From Bacteroidota bacterium (GTDB taxonomy: Bacteria > Bacteroidota > Ignavibacteria > Kapaibacteriales > UBA2268): 58,002 nucleotides of DNA. Location of the stretch: assembly GCA_024278075.1 (NCBI GenBank), contig JAJRTW010000098.1:1-58002 (forward strand). The letters run 5' to 3'. The notes beneath the pieces are model-generated. The model saw only the letters and a list, made by a program, of their open reading frames with translations, searched no databases and was not told where the DNA came from. This document shows positions 51,794 through 58,002 of this stretch, one piece after another; the stretch's first letter is position 1, and every line of letters begins with the position of its first letter. The translations under genes and the position numbers were made by a program.

Positions 51794-54097
51794 ATGCGGA
51801 AAAACACTATGGCAGAAAAGAGTTGCATCCATCGAAATAGTCTGATAATATTGCTTTGTTTGCTTATTGCTAGCGGGCGGATATTTTCAGCCGTTGAAGA
51901 TATTGCTCCTCTTTTTCCATCCGGCAGCGATCCTTATAATTTCGAAATCGGCCAAATTCGTTTCGTTGGCAATACAGCATTCGACGATAATCAATTATTA
52001 GCAGCCATATCCTCCGGGCCAAGCAATATTAGCTTAACCCATTTCGGCCTGAAGGTTCTATACGATCAACTGAAGAAAAACAAGCACACACCGAAACAAT
52101 TAGATACCTATCTGAAGAAACAATTGTTAGAATTCTCGATAGAAATCAGATTCTTTTCTCTATTGCAAGTGGAAGGCGACTTAAATTCACTGAAAAATTA
52201 TTATAATCAGAACGGGTTTCACAACGTTTCGGCTGCTTATAGTTTCCTGCCGGACATGGCAAAAAGAATAAATGTTCTGACATTCCATATATCCGAAAAC
52301 AATCGCTCCGTCATGGCCCCAATTGTTTATTACGGATTGGATTCCTTGCCGCGGGAAATCAAAAAAGAGATTGATAAATTTAAAATCGTCGATTCTATCG
52401 TTCCTTTCAGCGAAAAGAAAATCCTTCAGGAAATCGGGCGGGTCAATTCAATATTGCAGAATGGAGGGTATTATTATTCGAAAATAGTAGGCAAGCCAAT
52501 TGTGACCTCAGACACATTGAACAGGGCCGACAGTATAACCGTTAATATTTTTACGGGGAAAAGGCAGAGGATTGGTCAAGTTATATTAATTGACAGCCTT
52601 CGCGGCCAGTCGAAAGTGGTTGAAGCAATGAAGGAAAAGCAGCTTGAATTTGCAGCAGGGCAATGGTATAGCCGTGCGAAAGTGCAGAAGTCAATAGAGA
52701 ATCTCTTGTCGCTCGGTACATTCGACCGTGCAATCATTGACACAACTTCGCATTTTGTGCCAATTACCGATTCCACATTGCCAATGGAAGTATTGCTCCA
52801 ATACAGAGAGCTTCAGGATTATGGAGCCGGTGTGTTTATTAATCAAAGAATGGACGAAGGCTTTTTGAACCTTGGTTTGGAAGCGGAGTATATCCACAGA
52901 AACATCTTTGGTGCCGCCCAGGTTCTCAATCCATTTGTGAATGTGGCAATTACCGATGTTAATAGCTTTTTATCGGGTGATAAGTTTGTTTTCGGCGAGC
53001 AGTTGGAAGTGCAGCTTGGAATTAAATTTGCCCAGCCGTTGCTTTGGACAATAGACGACGCCCGCGTAGGCTTCGGTTTTAATCCCTTATATTCGTTCAG
53101 GAAATTTAATAAAATAAAATTCGAAACCTTTACTATGCCATTTAAATTTCCGATCCAACTGCCCAAATGGACGTTTTTTAACACCTGGATTATTGATTGG
53201 TCGTTCGACCGGCAGCGGCCAATTGACTTGCAAATAGATATTAATAACATCTTGCGGAATTCTACGGCTACATATCAGGACTCGGTCTGGGTTATGGAAG
53301 CCATCGAGGATTATCAGAGATTGGATGATTATCTTAAGGACCCGGATGCGACGCATTGGTTCACTTCGAATTTGCTTGGCATTTCTTTTATTGCCGACAA
53401 AAGGGACAACATCTTCTCGCCATCAAAAGGGGTATATACGAATGTGAATCTAAACACAAGCCTAGCCTTTTTCGGTGATTCGCCAATATCGGGATTGGCA
53501 AATTATTCCAGGGGCCTTTTTACTCATTTTGATTTTTATTCGATTAGCAAGCAGAGCGTGTTTGCATGGAAAATAAAGGTCGGCGGGATTAGGTTTTGGG
53601 ACGAGAATAACAAGTATGTATCGATTGAAAGGCAATTCTTTGCCGGCGGTGCGAATTCGGTTCGTGCCTGGCCGTCCAGGAAATTGCGTTATACTAAATT
53701 CAAACCGGATACATTGGTCAATGAAAACTCTTTCGATATTCTCGAGGATATTGTTGGCAGTCAATATCTGATTGAGGGAAGCATTGAGCTTAGGCACAGG
53801 TTCTCGAGGCCGAAAAGGACCAGGGGCATTATTGCCGAGCAATTGGAGAAGCTCGGAGTAACTGCTTTCATGGATTTTGGGAATGCTTTCGGGTGGTTTG
53901 CCGAAGATACAACTGAGGTGAGGATTAGCAACTTTATTGAAGCCATTGCCGTTGCCATTGGGTTTGGCATCAGATACGAAACCCCGGTTGGCCCGTTCAG
54001 AATTGATTTCGCATGGCCTATGTACGACCCGCTGGGCCAAAGGAAGTTCGCTTTCAATCAGGGGCAAATTCATTTCGGTATCGGCCACGCATTCTAA
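51794..54097 (+). CDS. bamA: Omp85/BamA-family outer membrane protein assembly factor
   Basis: 767-aa ORF. Signal peptide, POTRA-like N-terminal repeats (IRFVGNTAF, LKNYYNQNGFHNVS), C-terminal bacterial surface antigen barrel (FFAGGANSVRAW, PVGPFRIDFAWP, terminal FGIGHAF). Confidence 0.8.
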   Translation: MRKNTMAEKSCIHRNSLIILLCLLIASGRIFSAVEDIAPLFPSGSDPYNFEIGQIRFVGNTAFDDNQLLAAISSGPSNISLTHFGLKVLYDQLKKNKHTPKQLDTYLKKQLLEFSIEIRFFSLLQVEGDLNSLKNYYNQNGFHNVSAAYSFLPDMAKRINVLTFHISENNRSVMAPIVYYGLDSLPREIKKEIDKFKIVDSIVPFSEKKILQEIGRVNSILQNGGYYYSKIVGKPIVTSDTLNRADSITVNIFTGKRQRIGQVILIDSLRGQSKVVEAMKEKQLEFAAGQWYSRAKVQKSIENLLSLGTFDRAIIDTTSHFVPITDSTLPMEVLLQYRELQDYGAGVFINQRMDEGFLNLGLEAEYIHRNIFGAAQVLNPFVNVAITDVNSFLSGDKFVFGEQLEVQLGIKFAQPLLWTIDDARVGFGFNPLYSFRKFNKIKFETFTMPFKFPIQLPKWTFFNTWIIDWSFDRQRPIDLQIDINNILRNSTATYQDSVWVMEAIEDYQRLDDYLKDPDATHWFTSNLLGISFIADKRDNIFSPSKGVYTNVNLNTSLAFFGDSPISGLANYSRGLFTHFDFYSISKQSVFAWKIKVGGIRFWDENNKYVSIERQFFAGGANSVRAWPSRKLRYTKFKPDTLVNENSFDILEDIVGSQYLIEGSIELRHRFSRPKRTRGIIAEQLEKLGVTAFMDFGNAFGWFAEDTTEVRISNFIEAIAVAIGFGIRYETPVGPFRIDFAWPMYDPLGQRKFAFNQGQIHFGIGHAF

Positions 54098-54265
54098 CGA
54101 ATTGTAACTATTTTGTATTGATTGCGTATATTATTCAAAGCTGTTTGTTTAGTAGGTTATTAGGGGTTTAGGAGTTTAGGAGTTAACTTTTGTCTGCATC
54201 CTGAACAACTGAGCAATTCAATCATCTGAAAATTGGATATGTTATCAAATTAGTTAGAGGTAATC

Positions 54266-55234
54266 ATGCGTTTTATTACACTTATACTGTTCTTATCGCT
54301 GTTTGTAGCTTCCACAGGGCAAACCATTGCGCAGAATGAAAATGGCAATGGTAATATTAATAATAATAATAAAGAAGAAAATAAAGAAGAAAATAAAGAC
54401 ATTGAATATGAGGATTGGGATATTGACTATTGGGATATTACACCTTCACTGGAAATCGAAATTCCAACAATAGAGCTTCAATTCGGCCCGACAACTCCCA
54501 AATATCACGAAGATGTTTTCACCGGTTCTTTGCGGAAACTCGGGATTGCCGAAATCCGTTTGGGGCATTCCGAATTCAAGAAAATGACCGGCGGCATAAT
54601 AAAATACGAATTTAGCTATTTATTTCTTGGCAATATATCGGATGAATATATATCGGGAGACATCGCCAATGGTATGACTACTGTCAATGCATGGCGATTC
54701 GGATTTTCCGAGAGCAAGGGTTATGGCTACAGATTCGGAGATTTCAGCAGCCTTGTTTTTTATAATACTAATGGTATGGGCTGGACAAAGCTGGACTTCA
54801 ACTACAGGCATAGTGGATTAGTTGAAGAACAGAATTTAACACCTTCGTATGCTTCGTATAGCAAGGCTTCGGATCTATTCGGCGATCAATTCAGGTTCGG
54901 CGACCAGTTCGAGGGTGGTGTCAGGTTGAGGCTTTTCGATTTGGTTGCTGTTAATGCGGCCTATGAGAAGGTGATCGTGTTTCCACGGCACATGTTCTGG
55001 TATTGGGCGCTGGGAGAAGTTGTAGAAGGAGCCGGGCATGGGATAATAAATGGATTTGTGCGAAGCGTTTTGTCTTCAAAACCTTATGTCGTGCCGGTGG
55101 TTAACTTTATTCTGCAGAACGGTTTTTCTTACGGTTTGTACCAATTACGTACTAAGAATATGAACTGGCCGACGGAAACAGTACCTCCTTTTGAATATGA
55201 AATCTTTAAAATTGGCGTAACATTTACTCTCTGA
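54266..55234 (+). CDS. Hypothetical secreted/membrane protein with Asn/Glu-rich low-complexity N-terminus
   Basis: 322-aa ORF with signal peptide, NENGNGNINNNNKEENKEENK stretch and hydrophobic C-terminal segments. No family recognised. Confidence 0.5.
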   Translation: MRFITLILFLSLFVASTGQTIAQNENGNGNINNNNKEENKEENKDIEYEDWDIDYWDITPSLEIEIPTIELQFGPTTPKYHEDVFTGSLRKLGIAEIRLGHSEFKKMTGGIIKYEFSYLFLGNISDEYISGDIANGMTTVNAWRFGFSESKGYGYRFGDFSSLVFYNTNGMGWTKLDFNYRHSGLVEEQNLTPSYASYSKASDLFGDQFRFGDQFEGGVRLRLFDLVAVNAAYEKVIVFPRHMFWYWALGEVVEGAGHGIINGFVRSVLSSKPYVVPVVNFILQNGFSYGLYQLRTKNMNWPTETVPPFEYEIFKIGVTFTL

Positions 55235-55583
55235 TGGGAGTATTAATAATGAGTAAAGAGCTAACTTCGTTAGTTTTTTTTATAAAGAGTAATGAGTAAT
55301 GTAGGGGCGAACGGCCGTTCGCCCTTACGGAATTACAGCCAAACGTATAACTCGCGGGACAGATATCCTTGTCATGACACCTGGCCGAACATCAGCATCA
55401 AATCATCCACAGAATAGACTCATCCGGAATATATTTTTCATTATTACGTCCAAGTATAGTACAATTCTACAGTATCATCATCATCAGCATTGTTAGTAAT
55501 CGAAAAATTAACTAAATTATTTTCTTTATAGTTGCATTATGAAAATTGCATTATCAAGATAGCATTATTTGGAAAGGACATCT

Positions 55584-57083
55584 ATGTTCAAAAAAATACT
55601 AATAGCAAACCGAAGCGAAATTGCAATCAGGATAATGCGGGCTGCAAAGGAACTGGGAATCGAAACCGTAGCCGTTTATCACGAAGTTGACCGCAATTCT
55701 CCCTTTGTTCATTATGCGGATTATTCCTACGAATTGAAGGCAGATACTCCCAAAGCGGGCTATCTGGATATAGGCCAGATTATCGACATTGCAAAACAAA
55801 GCGGTGCCGAAGCAATACATCCGGGATATGGATTTTTGTCGGAAAATTGTGATTTCCCGGATGCTTGCGAAAATGCCGGAATAAAGTTTATCGGCCCCAG
55901 CGCCCATGCAATAGCTGTTATGGGCAATAAGACAGCCGCAAGGCAATTGATGGCCGATGCCGGTGTTCCGATTGTGCCGGGGACTACGGAAAAAATTACT
56001 AACATCGACGATGCTATTGCCGTTGCAAAGGATATGGGCTTTCCGGTACTGCTGAAAGCTGCTGCCGGCGGCGGCGGCAAGGGTATGAGGCGGGTTGACA
56101 AAGCGGAAGACTTCCAGTCAGGGTTCGAGGCGGCCTCCCGCGAAGCATTGAAAGCATTTGGCGATGATACGGTTTATCTTGAGAAGTTCATCGTAAATCC
56201 GAAGCACATTGAAATCCAGCTGCTGGGAGATGAACACGGTAATTATGTCTATCTGGCGGAAAGAGACTGCTCGGTGCAGCGCCGCCATCAGAAAGTGATA
56301 GAAGAAGCGCCCTCGACTGTTCTTGATGAAGATACTCGCAGGAGAATGGGCGAGGTGGCCGTCAATGCCGCACGTGCCTGCAACTATGCTAATGCCGGGA
56401 CGGTTGAGTTTTTGCTGGACCGCAACAAAAATTTCTATTTCCTTGAGATGAATACCCGGCTTCAGGTGGAGCATCCGGTGACGGAGATGATTACTGGCAT
56501 TGACCTTGCGAAAGCCCAAATCAGGATAGCATCCGGCGAAGAATTATGGTTCGGCCAGGAAGATGTTAAGATTACCGGCCATGCCATAGAATGCCGAATA
56601 TATGCCGAATACCCCTTGAATAACTTCCTGCCGGACACGGGGCGAATCAAATATCTTCGCGAGCCGGGCGGCTATGGCGTGCGGGTCGACAGCGGAATAG
56701 AGACCGGATCTGAAGTGTCGATTCACTTCGACCCTATGCTCTCGAAATTAATTGCCTGGGGCAGCGACCGCGAGACCGCCCTGCGGCGAATGGAACGCGC
56801 CTTGCGGAATTACCGGATAATTGGCCTGAAAACGGTTGTGCCGTTCCATATAGCTGCTTTGAACCACCCCGTATTTCGCAATGGATATTTCGACACCGGT
56901 TTCATCGAGAATGAATTTGATTTTGCAGAACTGGAGAGGATGCGTGACGAATATGAGGAAATGATTGCGGCGATTGCAGCCTATAGCCATAGAATGAAGA
57001 ACAAGCTCTACTACACCCGAAACGGCAAACCGAACATTAACAAATGGCGGCAAAAGCAGCTAATGACACGGAGAATGGGGTAG
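55584..57083 (+). CDS. accC: Biotin carboxylase (acetyl-CoA carboxylase-type) with about 50-aa C-terminal extension
   Basis: MFKKILIANRSEIAIRIMRA, GYGFLSEN, ATP-grasp GGGGKGMR, EMNTRLQVEHPVTE. Start set at the ATG at 55584. Confidence 0.9.
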   Translation: MFKKILIANRSEIAIRIMRAAKELGIETVAVYHEVDRNSPFVHYADYSYELKADTPKAGYLDIGQIIDIAKQSGAEAIHPGYGFLSENCDFPDACENAGIKFIGPSAHAIAVMGNKTAARQLMADAGVPIVPGTTEKITNIDDAIAVAKDMGFPVLLKAAAGGGGKGMRRVDKAEDFQSGFEAASREALKAFGDDTVYLEKFIVNPKHIEIQLLGDEHGNYVYLAERDCSVQRRHQKVIEEAPSTVLDEDTRRRMGEVAVNAARACNYANAGTVEFLLDRNKNFYFLEMNTRLQVEHPVTEMITGIDLAKAQIRIASGEELWFGQEDVKITGHAIECRIYAEYPLNNFLPDTGRIKYLREPGGYGVRVDSGIETGSEVSIHFDPMLSKLIAWGSDRETALRRMERALRNYRIIGLKTVVPFHIAALNHPVFRNGYFDTGFIENEFDFAELERMRDEYEEMIAAIAAYSHRMKNKLYYTRNGKPNINKWRQKQLMTRRMG

Positions 57084-57415
57084 GCTTTTTTTTATCCCGC
57101 ATTATTCATAAAATATCCTAAACACCTGACAGGCAATGGATATCAGATATTTAAGATAACTCAATTATAAGCCAATTATTTTCACCGCTGGATCGGCCTA
57201 ACTCGAATATTTCTTAAGAGCTACGAAGTTCTTGAGTAAAAGTCCCGCAATAAGCGGGTTGTAGCTGCATCAATACTTAGAGCTGTATCAAAACTATTCC
57301 GGGAACAAAGCTGAATTCCTTGTTGCCGGTTTAGTTTAATTAACCTCCGGCTCAATAATCACAATGATAAAGCGTATATATACCGGATTAAATACCACTA
57401 CTTTTTATTGAGATA

Positions 57416-58002
57416 ATGATTATGACAATACTTAAGAACCCGGGTGTAAAATTTATGATTAAGATTCTCAGGCCGCAATTTTTATTATCAATTGCAGTAT
57501 TAGTTGCAATATTAACAACTTATTCGAATGTAAATGCTTCGGATGAAATAATATTGGATGCGGCAAAAAAGGAACTTGAACGGTCAATGGCCAAGCTGAA
57601 AAATGAGGAGAATCCTCCGTATTATATCGCATATAATATTACGGATTCAAAAAAAATTAGGATCACTTCTTCATTCGGCGATATTAAATCAAATAATTCA
57701 ACTAATCAGAGAATCCTCGATATTGACCTAAGAGTAGGGGATTATAATTTCGACAATACCCATATCATCCGCGGGCAATCCTTTAGTTTTTCGTTTGGCA
57801 CCGGAATGACACTCTTGCCGCTGCGGAACAATGAAAAAGCCATCCGGTCGGCAATTTGGTACGCTACCGACAGAACTTACAAAAACGCTATTGAAAGATA
57901 CGAGAAGGCATTGACAAACAAAAAAGTCAAGGTAATGGAAGAAGATACTTCCGCCGATTTTTCTCACGAAGAGCCTTATCATTTCAGGGGCGAGAGAACT
58001 AA
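57416..58002 (+). CDS. TldD/PmbA-family metallopeptidase-like protein, 5' partial (runs off the window)
   Basis: Open frame from ATG 57416 to the window end (not in the track because there is no stop). Signal-like N-terminus, then LDAAKKELERSMAKLK...PPYYIAYNITDS...LDIDLRVGDYNFDNTH, typical of secreted TldD-related proteins. Confidence 0.65.
   Translation, partial: MIMTILKNPGVKFMIKILRPQFLLSIAVLVAILTTYSNVNASDEIILDAAKKELERSMAKLKNEENPPYYIAYNITDSKKIRITSSFGDIKSNNSTNQRILDIDLRVGDYNFDNTHIIRGQSFSFSFGTGMTLLPLRNNEKAIRSAIWYATDRTYKNAIERYEKALTNKKVKVMEEDTSADFSHEEPYHFRGERT

Noticed and set aside
53462-54088. 208-aa minus-strand ORF
   Set aside because: It is antisense to the conserved barrel domain of the BamA-like gene and has no independent support.
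1-58002. Genome-wide reassignment of TAA to a sense codon, prompted by the in-frame TAA codons in rpoN and yidD
   Set aside because: TAA is the most frequent stop of confidently called genes in this window (about 19 of about 37). At least three such stops (195-197, 44111-44113, 50725-50727) are followed closely by hairpin plus T-tract terminators. TAG and TGA are also used as stops. The evidence supports only two local events, not an alternative genetic code.

Overview
58-kb window from a bacterium with about 45% GC coding regions and very AT-rich intergenic DNA. It most plausibly belongs to the Bacteroidota/Ignavibacteriota/Chlorobiota (FCB) group: many proteins end in T9SS type-A sorting domains, YidC is the long form, and sigma-54 is present. 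Housekeeping blocks are rpmH-rnpA-yidD-yidC (minus strand, 3.4-6.5 kb), DUF3109-rpoN-pyrD-like (9.9-13.4 kb), an ECF sigma factor, DUF971-hutU, a fused E1 alpha/beta 2-oxoacid dehydrogenase, tRNA-Arg(CCG), queC, rpsD, a BamA-like Omp85, accC and a partial TldD/PmbA-like gene at the right edge. There are two accessory-looking regions. (i) 17.8-25.6 kb holds small secreted enzymes and lipoproteins. Most intergenic gaps there carry a hairpin-rich MITE-like repeat. It also contains a truncated methyltransferase remnant and tandem esterase paralogs, one of which lacks the nucleophile serine. (ii) 29.4-48.1 kb is a co-directional surface locus. It starts with a 36-bp x7 tandem repeat array, followed by a 2646-aa T9SS cargo protein and four further T9SS-CTD proteins, then GT2, an OM beta-barrel and GT9. 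Some of the cargo proteins carry cohesin-like and dockerin-like modules, and three share an unnamed module just before the CTD. The most unusual direct observation is a single in-frame TAA inside each of two conserved housekeeping genes (rpoN and yidD), with family-conserved residues continuing in frame across the stop. TAA also ends many genes here, at least three of them followed by terminator hairpins, so a global reassignment is not supported. No CRISPR array, recognisable defence system, integrase or transposase was found.
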